Below are positions 18,985-27,987 of a stretch of DNA of 64,000 nucleotides, one piece after another; position 1 is the first letter of the stretch; every line of letters starts with the position of its first letter. Location: contig JAKLDG010000001.1 in NCBI GenBank assembly GCA_022703645.1, positions 9,328-73,327 of the forward strand, written 5' to 3'. This DNA comes from Patescibacteria group bacterium. GTDB taxonomy: Bacteria; Patescibacteriota; JACPGU01. A program made the translations under genes and the position numbers. The notes under the pieces were generated by a model, which saw only the letters and a list, made by a program, of their open reading frames with translations, had not been told where the DNA came from and did not search any database.

Positions 18985-19100
18985 TTTAATTTTACAATTT
19001 CCAATTTTCAATCAATGTTTCAATAATTCAATTTTCAATTAAATACTATAGCGAAGCGATACAAACAATGAAAATTGAGAATTGAAAACTGAAAATTATT
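18985..19100. repeat. Intergenic palindromic repeat family 1, full copy (GCGAAGC core)
   Basis: About 115 bp. Homologous to 4558-4672 over its whole length. Lies between the deacetylase gene and tkt C-part. Confidence 0.7.
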
Positions 19101-19112
19101 AATAAAGTCGCA

Positions 19113-20111
19113 ATGAACTACCAACTAAATCCAAACTTATTAAGTAATGATGTCGAGCGCAAATCTGCCCGTCAAGGTTTTGGTGATGAGATTACCGAAC
19201 TTGCGAAGGGTAATAAAAGGATTGTGGTGCTGGATGCTGATCTTGGAGAATCACTCAGACTCGAAGAATACAAGAAAAAGTTTCCTTCTCGTTTTATTCA
19301 GATGGGTGTTGCTGAAGCAAATATGATATCTGTTGCGGCAGGGCTTGCGCTTGAAGGATTTATCCCCTTCACGTCTTCTTTCGCCTGTTTTACTCCATAT
19401 CAAGCTGTTTCGCAAATCCGTATTAGTGTTGCATACAACAAAGCAAACGTGAAAATAATTGGCGGTCATGCTGGGATAGTCACCGGTGGAGATGGTGCCA
19501 GTCACCAGGCTTTGGAAGATATTGCGATAATGCGTTCAATTCCAAATATCACGGTTTTTTCTCCATGTGATTATTGGCAGATGAGAAAATGTGTGAAAGT
19601 GGCTGCAAAGATCAGCGGACCTGTCTATATCCGTTTTAGCCGAAGAGATGTTCCGATGATTACTACCGGAAAAACCCCTTTCCGAATAAATGAATGCCAA
19701 GTTTTGCGCGATGGAACGGATGGAACAATCCTGGCTCATGGGGAATCGGTTTACCGCGCGCTCTTGGCGGCAGAAACTTTGTATAAAGAAAAAAAGCTCG
19801 ATTTTGCAGTACTAAATGTTCATACTATCAAACCATTGGACGAAAAAACTATTTTGAAATATGCCAAAAGAACCAGAGCCTTCGTTGTTGTCGAGGATCA
19901 TCAGATTGCTGGAGGACTTTGCGGCGCGGTTAGTGAATACTTAGCTGAGAATTACCCGATACCAGTTCAGTTTGTTGGAATTCGCGACAAATTTGGTGAA
20001 TCAGGAGATCCGGAGAAACTTCTCAAAAAATTTCATATTGATGTGGAAGATATTATTGAAGCGGGAATGAAAATCAGGGAGAGGAAGAGGATGTTTGTGT
20101 ATAATAAATAA
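19113..20111 (+). CDS. Transketolase, C-terminal (pyrimidine-binding plus C-terminal domain) subunit
   Basis: 332 aa. GVAEANMISVAAGLA and FxxF..F motifs of the transketolase C-terminal section. Confidence 0.85.
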   Translation: MNYQLNPNLLSNDVERKSARQGFGDEITELAKGNKRIVVLDADLGESLRLEEYKKKFPSRFIQMGVAEANMISVAAGLALEGFIPFTSSFACFTPYQAVSQIRISVAYNKANVKIIGGHAGIVTGGDGASHQALEDIAIMRSIPNITVFSPCDYWQMRKCVKVAAKISGPVYIRFSRRDVPMITTGKTPFRINECQVLRDGTDGTILAHGESVYRALLAAETLYKEKKLDFAVLNVHTIKPLDEKTILKYAKRTRAFVVVEDHQIAGGLCGAVSEYLAENYPIPVQFVGIRDKFGESGDPEKLLKKFHIDVEDIIEAGMKIRERKRMFVYNK

Positions 20112-20128
20112 AAATTTTTTATAAAAAA

Positions 20129-20158
20129 ATCCTCCAAACTACGGAGGATATTTTTTTA
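20129..20158. terminator. Bidirectional terminator (ATCCTCC-loop-GGAGGAT plus T-run)
   Basis: Perfect 7-bp stem followed by TTTTTTT, between convergent genes. Confidence 0.6.
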
Positions 20159-20169
20159 TTTAAGGTTGG

Positions 20170-20748
20170 TTAAACAGTGATTTTTGCTGTAACTTTGCAG
20201 AAAACGACCTTGAAAGGAACTCCGGATATTTCGATAATTTCAGTTTTTCCATGTCCCGATGATAATCTGAAATTATTCAGCGGACAAGTCTCTCCGAGTG
20301 ATTCATAACCTTCAAGCAGACACATGCCGAATTCGCCATAGTTTTCTTCGTCCGGTTCGCCGCAAGTAAATTCCCCGTTTTTATTTTCCCACATTCTTTC
20401 GCAGTAGGGTAATTCGACGATAGGTTTCTCGCGGTTAATCCATAGGGCTTTTCTTTTTTCACCTTCGCCGCCGATATTTGCACCATACCATTTGGTATAG
20501 AACTCTGCTATAGCGGCGGAAACATTGCCAGCTTCGATAATGCAGTACTTGTCCTGATGTTCTCTTAAATGACGGCGAACATCATCGTCAGTGATTGCAT
20601 GAGTTTTGTGATGGCGGACGATAATTCCGATATCATCTACCTTCATTGCAGTTTCTATCATGACGCTATGGCTTCGGTCATCAATGAGTGTGAATCTTTT
20701 TTCGAAAGGTATTCTAAAAAGCTTCCCAGTGATTTTCTTGTTTTCCAT
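20170..20748 (-). CDS. Hypothetical protein with a C-terminal Cys cluster
   Basis: Start moved to MENKK (RBS AAGGAG at 7 nt). No family recognised. Cys cluster CERMWENKNGEFTCGEP..GMC..ETCP. Confidence 0.45.
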   Translation of the reverse strand: MENKKITGKLFRIPFEKRFTLIDDRSHSVMIETAMKVDDIGIIVRHHKTHAITDDDVRRHLREHQDKYCIIEAGNVSAAIAEFYTKWYGANIGGEGEKRKALWINREKPIVELPYCERMWENKNGEFTCGEPDEENYGEFGMCLLEGYESLGETCPLNNFRLSSGHGKTEIIEISGVPFKVVFCKVTAKITV

Positions 20749-20960
20749 TAGAGTCTCCTTTTTTAAAGTTCTATCTAAATTATAGCAAAAATGTTGTATA
20801 TTCACAATAAACATTTTATCTAAGCCAAAAAATATTTTTCATTTTTTCAAATCGTTTTTTATGATATATTCTATCTATTACAAATAATTCATTAATAGAG
20901 GAAGTCCCTCGGGTTTACTCGGGACATATTTTCCTTTATATAAATTAGCAAGGAGAAAAT

Positions 20961-21914
20961 ATGAATAAATACGATTTAATTATTATTGGCGGTGGGCCGG
21001 CGGGATTGACCGCTGCTATTTATGCGGGTAGAAGAGAACTCAAAACCTTAGTTTTGACAATGAATATTGGTGGGCAGATGACGCTCACGCATCATGTTGA
21101 GAACTATCCGGGTGTAGATATGAGTGATGGCACGGACTTGGCTCTAAAAATGATGGAACAAGCAAAAAAATTTGGCGCGCAAATAGAGCTCAATCATGAA
21201 GTATCCGCAATTGAAATAAAAGATGGTGATTACTTAGTGAAAACTTCAGGCGGTGAATTTGAAGCTCAAGCGGTAATATTAGCCTTTGGTAAAACTCCAA
21301 GGAAATTGGATATCGAAGGTGCTGATAGGTATCTTGGTAAGGGGTTGTCTTATTGCGCAACATGCGATGGACCTTTCTTCAAAGGTAAAAATATCGCAGT
21401 TGTCGGAGGCGGGAATAGCGCGCTTGGCGGGGCACTTTACCTTTCAGAATTGGGCCAGAAAGTTTATCTGATTCACCGCCGTGATGCATTCCGCGGGGAA
21501 GAAATATTGGTTGATAAAATCAAGGCGAAAGAAAATATTGAGATAGTTCTAAACAGTGTTCCATCAGGTCTCGAAGGTACAGACGTTTTAGAAAAAATTA
21601 TAGTTAAGGATGTTGTTTCCGGGGCAGAGCGCGAGATCGCCGTTGATGGAGTTTTCATTGAAATTGGTTATGAAGTGAAAGCCGATTTCGTGAAAGGGTT
21701 AGTAAATCTCGATGCTGGTAATCAAATTATTGTCGATCAAGATTGCAAGACTTCAGCCGAAGGTATATTCGCAGCAGGAGATCTAACTCAGATACCATAC
21801 AAACAAATCGCAATTTCAGTAGGTCAGGGCGCTACTGCAGCGCTGTCAGCTTATGATTATATTCAAAAGAAAAGCGGTAAAACAACAGTAAAATTGGATT
21901 GGGGAAGTAAATAG
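20961..21914 (+). CDS. trxB: Thioredoxin-disulfide reductase
   Basis: 317 aa. FAD-binding GGGPAG N-terminus and the redox-active CATCDG motif. Confidence 0.9.
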   Translation: MNKYDLIIIGGGPAGLTAAIYAGRRELKTLVLTMNIGGQMTLTHHVENYPGVDMSDGTDLALKMMEQAKKFGAQIELNHEVSAIEIKDGDYLVKTSGGEFEAQAVILAFGKTPRKLDIEGADRYLGKGLSYCATCDGPFFKGKNIAVVGGGNSALGGALYLSELGQKVYLIHRRDAFRGEEILVDKIKAKENIEIVLNSVPSGLEGTDVLEKIIVKDVVSGAEREIAVDGVFIEIGYEVKADFVKGLVNLDAGNQIIVDQDCKTSAEGIFAAGDLTQIPYKQIAISVGQGATAALSAYDYIQKKSGKTTVKLDWGSK

Positions 21915-21955
21915 AATTTTGAATCTAGAATCTAGAATAATGAATTATGAAAAAT
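21915..21955. repeat. Short intergenic repeat family 3 (AATAGAATTTTGAATCTAGAATCTAGAATAATGAATTATG), after the trxB stop
   Basis: Homologous to 17836-17870. Confidence 0.5.
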
Positions 21956-21990
21956 GAAAAAACCGCTTCCCAATGGGTCGCGGTTTTTTG
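21956..21990. terminator. Bidirectional terminator (AAAACCGC-loop-GCGGTTTTTT)
   Basis: Hairpin with flanking A and T runs, between trxB (+) and the 87-aa ORF (-). Confidence 0.55.
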
Positions 21991-22038
21991 ATTGTGAAAT
22001 TTGGAAAAGAGTATTTATCTCCCCCGCATTTGTTGCGG

Positions 22039-22302
22039 TTAAGCTGCTTGCGCGGCTCTTAGCATGTGCTCTATTTGTTTTTGTTTTGCTCCGGATTTCT
22101 CGAGCATTTCGGCGATCTGCTCGGTTGATTCGATTTCGCAGAAAAGTTGGTGTCTGATAATCATAATGAGAGTTCTTATCTCGTCTTTCGCGCCCCACTT
22201 CCTGCGAAGCATTGGGTGCCTCTGAGCGCGAAGGCGTTTGATTTCTTTCCTGAACTGTTTTTCGCTCAGAAAAGTATGTGAAAATGCCCATTCTTTTTTC
22301 AT
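22039..22302 (-). CDS. Hypothetical small helical protein (87 aa)
   Basis: Preferred over the overlapping 124-aa alternative frame because its composition is more protein-like. Confidence 0.35.
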   Translation of the reverse strand: MKKEWAFSHTFLSEKQFRKEIKRLRAQRHPMLRRKWGAKDEIRTLIMIIRHQLFCEIESTEQIAEMLEKSGAKQKQIEHMLRAAQAA

Positions 22303-22397
22303 CCAATCACCTCCTCCTTTTTTGAATTTTTAATACTATAATACTAACACAAAAATAATGTGTTGTCAATATTTAAAAAGATAAATAAGCCAAAATT

Positions 22398-23816
22398 TTA
22401 TTTTCCTAATCGCAATATCTTATTGACCCCAATTTTCTGAACAAAATATTGGTCATGGGAAACTATGATCATTGGAATTTCTTGCGATAGAATAAAGTTT
22501 TCCAATTCTTCGCGTGTGAATATATCCAGATGGTTTGTCGGCTCATCGAGAATCAGTACATTTGGTTTCTTTGCGAGAATTATAGCAAGATCCATTCTGC
22601 GCAACTCTCCGTAGCTCAAGTTCTTTACGCGGTCATCAATCCTTTCATTGCTAAATAGATAGTTGGCCAGAATACTTCTCGCTATCGCACCCGTGATACC
22701 GGTTTTTTCTTCGAACTCATCGAGAACATTTCTAGTAGCATCGAGATCAGAAAATTGTCTCATGTAACCAATCTTTACTTTATCGCCACCGCCTATCGTG
22801 CCGGAATAATCTTTATCGATACCAGCAATAATATTTAGTAGCGTTGTTTTCCCGGATCCATTTGGTCCTGCGACCAGAATCCTATCTTCGTTATAGACTT
22901 TGAAATAAGTATTTTTTAGCAATACCCTTTCTCCAAATCTCTTTTCTTCAACATCTACGATCAACATTCTGCCCTCATCTGCGCCGCCCAGATTTCTTAG
23001 TCTCACTCTAGGATCCTCATCCGGTCTGTCTACGGCAGTTTTCTTTACTCGTTCTAGTGCTTTTTTCCTTTGGGCTAGGACAGTGGAGAACGGGATTAAT
23101 TTCTGATTTATCTTTATCCAGTTTTCCAATTTATCAATGCGTCTTTTACTCATCAGGTAGTCGTGCATTTTTTTATCAAATCTTTCTTTTCTAGCAACCA
23201 AGAAATCTTCATAGTTTCCAGTATAGGAAACAATACCTTCTTCGGTAGAGAGTTCCCAAATTTCTTTGATAACGCGATTAATCATATAGCGGTCATGCGA
23301 TACGACCACGATAGAGCCATTGAAATCACGTATAAAGCCCTCCAACCATTCTATGCCAGCTTGATCAAGATTATTAGTAGGTTCATCCAGAAAGAGCATT
23401 GTAGGCTCTTTCAATAGAATATAAGCTAGCGCAATCTTAATTTTTTCTCCGCCAGATAGAGTAGCGGTACTCTTAATCAGATAGTCTTGATTCAACCCGA
23501 TTTTTTCCAGAGCGATATCTATTTTATACCCTTCCCATTCGTTCGTAAGTCCGCTCTCGAGATATTCACCAACCAGCTCGTGTCCAGCAAAATCTACTTC
23601 TTGCTTTATGAATCCGATTTTTTCATCATAAAGAGTGACCTTACCGGTGGTAGGTTTTAGTTCTTGGTTAAAAATTTTCAGCAGTGATGATTTTCCGCAT
23701 CCATTTTTACCAACAATCGCGATTCTTTTCTTATCACGTCCGGAGAAGGCGAGGCTAATATCCTCGAAAAGAACCTGATCTACATAATTTAGCGATATAT
23801 TTTCTGCAATTAACAT
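22398..23816 (-). CDS. ABC-F family ATPase (tandem ABC domains, no transmembrane domain); likely a translation factor
   Basis: 472 aa. Two Walker A motifs (GKNGCGKSS, GPNGSGKTT), two ABC signatures (LSGGEK, LSYGEL) and a charged inter-domain linker. Confidence 0.8.
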   Translation of the reverse strand: MLIAENISLNYVDQVLFEDISLAFSGRDKKRIAIVGKNGCGKSSLLKIFNQELKPTTGKVTLYDEKIGFIKQEVDFAGHELVGEYLESGLTNEWEGYKIDIALEKIGLNQDYLIKSTATLSGGEKIKIALAYILLKEPTMLFLDEPTNNLDQAGIEWLEGFIRDFNGSIVVVSHDRYMINRVIKEIWELSTEEGIVSYTGNYEDFLVARKERFDKKMHDYLMSKRRIDKLENWIKINQKLIPFSTVLAQRKKALERVKKTAVDRPDEDPRVRLRNLGGADEGRMLIVDVEEKRFGERVLLKNTYFKVYNEDRILVAGPNGSGKTTLLNIIAGIDKDYSGTIGGGDKVKIGYMRQFSDLDATRNVLDEFEEKTGITGAIARSILANYLFSNERIDDRVKNLSYGELRRMDLAIILAKKPNVLILDEPTNHLDIFTREELENFILSQEIPMIIVSHDQYFVQKIGVNKILRLGK

Positions 23817-23821
23817 ACATT

Positions 23822-23975
23822 TTGATTAGTTATAAAGTTTTAAAGTAGAAAGTTATAAAGTAGGGGAATTTTTATAAAATAAAAAAACACCCTTTTTGTA
23901 ACTATGAGTGTTTTGGAGTTATTCTTAAATTTATTCTTCGAACTTTATAACCTTATAACTTTCGACTTTTAACTG
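23822..23975. repeat. Intergenic palindromic element of family 4. AGTTATAAAG-word left arm (23822-23866) and inverted CTTTATAAC-word right arm (23940-23975), with a CACTCATAG inverted pair in the centre.
   Basis: Direct reading of a 345-bp intergenic region between two minus-strand ABC genes. Left arm is homologous to 5466-5500. Confidence 0.5.
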
Positions 23976-24162
23976 TCGAAAGGGCACACTCATAGCATCA
24001 TTAGCTTCCGCACGGAAACTAACAGCAATACTAGAAAGATAAAAAGAAATGATCTTTCTCTCATCTAGATTGCTTTGGGAAGCTGGTTGTGTCCTTTCTG
24101 TTCGCATATTCATTATGTTTAATAATTTACCTATTATAGCACAAATTTACTAAAAAATCAAG

Positions 24163-25953
24163 TTACAATTTTTGTACCTCGTAAAATTTGCGGTAAACAC
24201 CGTTTTTTATTTTAATTAGATCCTTGTGCTTTCCTTGTTCAACAACTTTTCCTTTTTCTAGGACGAGGATTCGATCAGCTTTGTGAACCGTTGAAAGCCG
24301 ATGTGCGATGATAAACGTTGTGCGTCCCGTCATCAGTTTTTCCAATGCTCGTACGACTTCTTTTTCGCTTTTAGCATCAAGCGCCGATGTTGGTTCATCA
24401 AGAATTAAAATTCTTGGGTCTTTTAGAATTGCGCGCGCAATAGCTACTCTTTGTTTCTGTCCGCCTGACAATTTAACTCCTCTGTCTCCTACGATTTGAT
24501 TATACTTATTTTTAAATTTTAAAATAAAATCATGTGCGAAAGCTTTCTTCGAAGCAATGACCATCTCTTTATCACTAGAACCAAAGCTGCCATATTTAAT
24601 ATTTGCTTTTACGGTATCATTGAAGAGCAGTATATCTTGAGGGACAATCGCTATTTTTTTACGTAAGAACTCAAGATCAATTCGGGAGTTGTCTATACCA
24701 TCAATGTAGATTTTACCAATCTGCGGTGTGTAATAATGTGAAATAAGATCCGCTAAAGTGCTTTTACCAACCCCAGATTCTCCCACGATTGCCACAATTT
24801 CTCCTGGTTTGACTTCAAAACTTAAACCCTTTAAAATATCCTCATTCTTTTTTTCATACTTGAAATGAACATTTTCGAATTTTACACCGCCGCGGATATC
24901 GTTAATTTTTACTGCATCTGCTGGTATATACTCTTCCGGTTTTACGGCTAATATTTTTTCCGACCTCTCAATGCTAATCAAAGCATTCTGTAATGTCTGC
25001 CATTTATCGACAAGGCCAGAAAATGGTGCAAAAAGCATTCCCAGATAAGTATTGTACATTAACATTTGTCCAACTGTAATCTTGCCGCCCCAGATAAGAA
25101 AAATTGAATAAGCAAGTACAAAAATCGAAGCAAACACGGTTATTAATCTATAGTAGAATTGATTTTTCTGCCAGACATTGAAATATTTTATAAAATAATA
25201 TGCGCCTCCATCATAAAGAAGATGCCAGACCTTTTTTGCCTCATACTTTTCTGCGGTACTTTGTTTAACATTTTGAATATTCATTACTACATCATAGCTG
25301 TGCCCGTATGCCTTGTTATAGCCCCTGTTTCCTTTTCTCCTCAAATCAGCAAGATTGGGTGAAATTTTAAATAACAAATAGACATAAAAAATCAGAATCA
25401 CAATTACAATCAGGGTTAAAGCAACATTAATATAAAACATGAAAGCCAGAGCAAATAATAGCCCTAAGAATTGGGGTGCAAGGTCAACTACAAGATTGCT
25501 GAAAATATTATAAATATTACCAGCAGCCCGGCTGATTTTATCCATAACGTCGCCGAGCTTGTGTTCTTTTGTGAAAGACAATGGAAGTCGTAAGATAGCA
25601 GCGACTCCTTCAGAAACATAAGAAACTTCGGAACTTTCGGCTAGGGTTGTTACAAGACCGCGCAGTTTCCAACTAAGTATGGCTGATACCGTTCTTGAAA
25701 TAACCCAGAGGATTAAAAAGAGAAAAACTCCTTTTAATATGTAATTCATAAAGTAGAAATCAAAATTTGGGGTTACGATATTATCGACAATCTTACCCAT
25801 AAAATACGGTGTAACCGCGTCAAAAACTGCAACAAAAATACTTACAATAAGAATTACGATGAGTCCTTTTTTATATTTCTTGAAATATTTTTTTAGATAG
25901 TGGCTTTTGGCAATCATCTGCCGAAAAGTCAGCTTGTTTTTCTTTTTTACCAT
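24163..25953 (-). CDS. ABC transporter, fused permease/ATP-binding (type I exporter, MsbA-like)
   Basis: 596 aa. Six-TM N-terminal domain; Walker A GESGVGKST, signature LSGGQKQR and Walker B ILILDEPTSALD. Confidence 0.85.
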   Translation of the reverse strand: MVKKKNKLTFRQMIAKSHYLKKYFKKYKKGLIVILIVSIFVAVFDAVTPYFMGKIVDNIVTPNFDFYFMNYILKGVFLFLILWVISRTVSAILSWKLRGLVTTLAESSEVSYVSEGVAAILRLPLSFTKEHKLGDVMDKISRAAGNIYNIFSNLVVDLAPQFLGLLFALAFMFYINVALTLIVIVILIFYVYLLFKISPNLADLRRKGNRGYNKAYGHSYDVVMNIQNVKQSTAEKYEAKKVWHLLYDGGAYYFIKYFNVWQKNQFYYRLITVFASIFVLAYSIFLIWGGKITVGQMLMYNTYLGMLFAPFSGLVDKWQTLQNALISIERSEKILAVKPEEYIPADAVKINDIRGGVKFENVHFKYEKKNEDILKGLSFEVKPGEIVAIVGESGVGKSTLADLISHYYTPQIGKIYIDGIDNSRIDLEFLRKKIAIVPQDILLFNDTVKANIKYGSFGSSDKEMVIASKKAFAHDFILKFKNKYNQIVGDRGVKLSGGQKQRVAIARAILKDPRILILDEPTSALDAKSEKEVVRALEKLMTGRTTFIIAHRLSTVHKADRILVLEKGKVVEQGKHKDLIKIKNGVYRKFYEVQKL

Positions 25954-26139
25954 AAAAAGTTTTCCACTTCTTGAGTGGAATGTTTGTTTTTATTTTCAAT
26001 AATTATATCACACCTGTCAAATAATTAAATCGTAGGTTTACTTTCCACTCAATTTAAGATAAAATAAGGTTAGAAAAACAAAACCTTCGGGTTTTTGGAA
26101 TATAGGAAGGCACATTAAAAAGAAAGGGAAGGAAGCAAA

Positions 26140-26610
26140 TTGATGTTGATTGTGAAGAAAAAAATCCGAGCGATTGTTTGTGCTACAGTCATTCTTTTGG
26201 GTTTCTTGTTTATCGCTAGTTCAAGCGATGCATTTGGGAAAACAAAACCTAAGAGTAGTGCGCAGACGCAGCCAAGCGTTCAGAAAGCGAATCCCGCTGC
26301 CAAGAAGAAAGAGGAAGCCAAAACTGAAGTGGGAGTCGCTAAGTACTATGATGGTGCGCCAAAAGGTAAAAAAAGGGAGCTAACGGCAGCTCACAAAAGC
26401 TTACCAAAGGGCACCATTGTTCGAGTCGAATCATTGGAAAGTGGTGACTTCAAAACTATTGAAGTCGAGATTAATGACTGTTTGCCGGACACGCCAGCGA
26501 GCCGCGGAACAGTAATTGATCTGGCGAAACAATCCGCCATAGCAATGAACCCGGCTTTTATTCGCAAGGGCGTGCTCAAGGTCAAATTGACTGTGATAGA
26601 ACAGCCTTAA
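26140..26610 (+). CDS. RlpA-like (DPBB domain) lipoprotein or secreted protein
   Basis: Signal peptide. C-terminal domain GVAKYYDG..G.TAAH..LPKGTIVRV..G..IEVEINDC.P...GTVIDL resembles the RlpA double-psi beta-barrel. Confidence 0.5.
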   Translation: MMLIVKKKIRAIVCATVILLGFLFIASSSDAFGKTKPKSSAQTQPSVQKANPAAKKKEEAKTEVGVAKYYDGAPKGKKRELTAAHKSLPKGTIVRVESLESGDFKTIEVEINDCLPDTPASRGTVIDLAKQSAIAMNPAFIRKGVLKVKLTVIEQP

Positions 26611-26633
26611 AATTCTTAAATTAAAATCATTTT

Positions 26634-26669
26634 ATATGGTTCGGAATAAATCCGAACCATATTTTTTTG
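26634..26669. terminator. Bidirectional terminator (ATATGGTTCGGA-loop-TCCGAACCATAT plus T7)
   Basis: Perfect 12-bp stem followed by TTTTTTT. Confidence 0.65.
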
Positions 26670-26676
26670 CCTAAAA

Positions 26677-27597
26677 TTAGATCTTGAGAATGTATTGAAT
26701 TACCATTCCGGCTAAAACGCTTATTACGAAGAGAAGTGCAATAATTTTAAAAACATCTCTTTTGCTCTTTTCTTCTTTAAATAAAATTAATATTCCCAAT
26801 CCTCCGCTCGCGCAGAGACCCGCAATTACCGAACCATAAGTGATTACTCCATTCAGGTATAATTCTGTTATCAGCACGGATGACGCGCAATTTGGTATCA
26901 GCCCGATCAATGAAATTATAAAAGGTTGTAAAAATCCAACTTTTAAAAATAAACTATGCAGTCCTTCTGTTCCAAGATTAGATACGATGATATTTATTAG
27001 AAAAGAGAATAGGAATATAAAAGCAAATATTTTTAAGGTATGGGTCATAGGGTGAAGAAAGATCTCTTTGGGATTAAATTTCTTTGAACCGGAACTTGTG
27101 CTATGTCCACAGCAGGCGGTCTCATTAATAATGATACTATGGTTGTGGCTTTTTTCATCTTTTCCAAGTGAGAAATCCTTGATATGTTTTAATATCCTCT
27201 CATTTCTTTTTTTAAGAAAAAAATCGATTGAATATCCCGCGATCAAAGCAATAAAAATTTTTATCAAAATCAATGGCAGTACGATGGTGGCTTTGCTTGG
27301 TTGAGAAAGAATTATTGGTATCGCCTCATCGGATGTAGACAGATAGACTGCGAGCAATGTCCCGAGTGTTAATAATCTTTGCGTGTATAGTGTAGTGGCA
27401 ACGACAGAAATGCCGCATTGCGGCAGGCTTCCCGCTACTGCGCCGATTGCTGGTCCTGAGAAACCGGCTTTTTGAATTTTTTCCCGCATCTTATTTCCAA
27501 ATTTAAACTCTGCCAATTCAATTCCGATATAAATTATCAGCAGAAGCGGAATGGTTCGGAGGCTATCGATGAGAGAGTCTATAAAAGACTGATACAT
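26677..27597 (-). CDS. Predicted permease (COG0701 / DUF318 family, ArsP-like)
   Basis: 306 aa polytopic protein. SLPQCGISVVATTLY...YLSTSDEAIPI matches the LPLCSCG...STP conserved region of this family; central Cys-rich loop ACCGHS. Confidence 0.5.
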   Translation of the reverse strand: MYQSFIDSLIDSLRTIPLLLIIYIGIELAEFKFGNKMREKIQKAGFSGPAIGAVAGSLPQCGISVVATTLYTQRLLTLGTLLAVYLSTSDEAIPIILSQPSKATIVLPLILIKIFIALIAGYSIDFFLKKRNERILKHIKDFSLGKDEKSHNHSIIINETACCGHSTSSGSKKFNPKEIFLHPMTHTLKIFAFIFLFSFLINIIVSNLGTEGLHSLFLKVGFLQPFIISLIGLIPNCASSVLITELYLNGVITYGSVIAGLCASGGLGILILFKEEKSKRDVFKIIALLFVISVLAGMVIQYILKI

Positions 27598-27644
27598 TTT
27601 TTATTAATCATTAATTTATAACGGTCGTATTATATCATTTTTTT

Positions 27645-27683
27645 TCAAAATAAAAAACCGGCGGCGCTTCCGCTTGGCCGGTT
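27645..27683 (-). terminator. Terminator (AACCGGC-loop-GCCGGTT plus T-run on the minus strand)
   Basis: Hairpin with T-run downstream of the ftsH / 65-aa ORF transcription unit. Confidence 0.5.
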
Positions 27684-27737
27684 AGAAACTTTTTTACAAG
27701 AATAAATATTTATTCTTTTTTCCTATCTGTGGTCTTT

Positions 27738-27935
27738 TTATCCCAAAGATCCCATATCCCTATCTCCGAAAAGCAGACGGGCATTCGAATTTTTTTTATC
27801 TCCAATCCACTTTTTTGCTTCTTCACGAGCCTCATCAATATCAGACTCAAATCCTTTGAAAAGCGGCTTTTTTATAGCCATTTTGTCAATCGTGATCTGA
27901 ACCTTCCAAAATCCATATGTTTCTCTCATTATCAC
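27738..27935 (-). CDS. Small hypothetical protein (65 aa) downstream of ftsH
   Basis: ORF followed by a terminator. No family recognised. Confidence 0.3.
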   Translation of the reverse strand: MIMRETYGFWKVQITIDKMAIKKPLFKGFESDIDEAREEAKKWIGDKKNSNARLLFGDRDMGSLG

Positions 27936-27987
27936 TCCTTTCCGAACGTGGTCGTGGATTTTTATTTCTAAAATTTTAAAGTTCGTT

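Noticed and set aside
21932-22306. 124-aa ORF in an alternative frame overlapping the 87-aa minus-strand ORF
   Set aside because: Low-complexity Arg/Ser/Asn-rich translation with no start signal. The 87-aa frame gives a more protein-like helical sequence. Only one can be real, and confidence in either is low.
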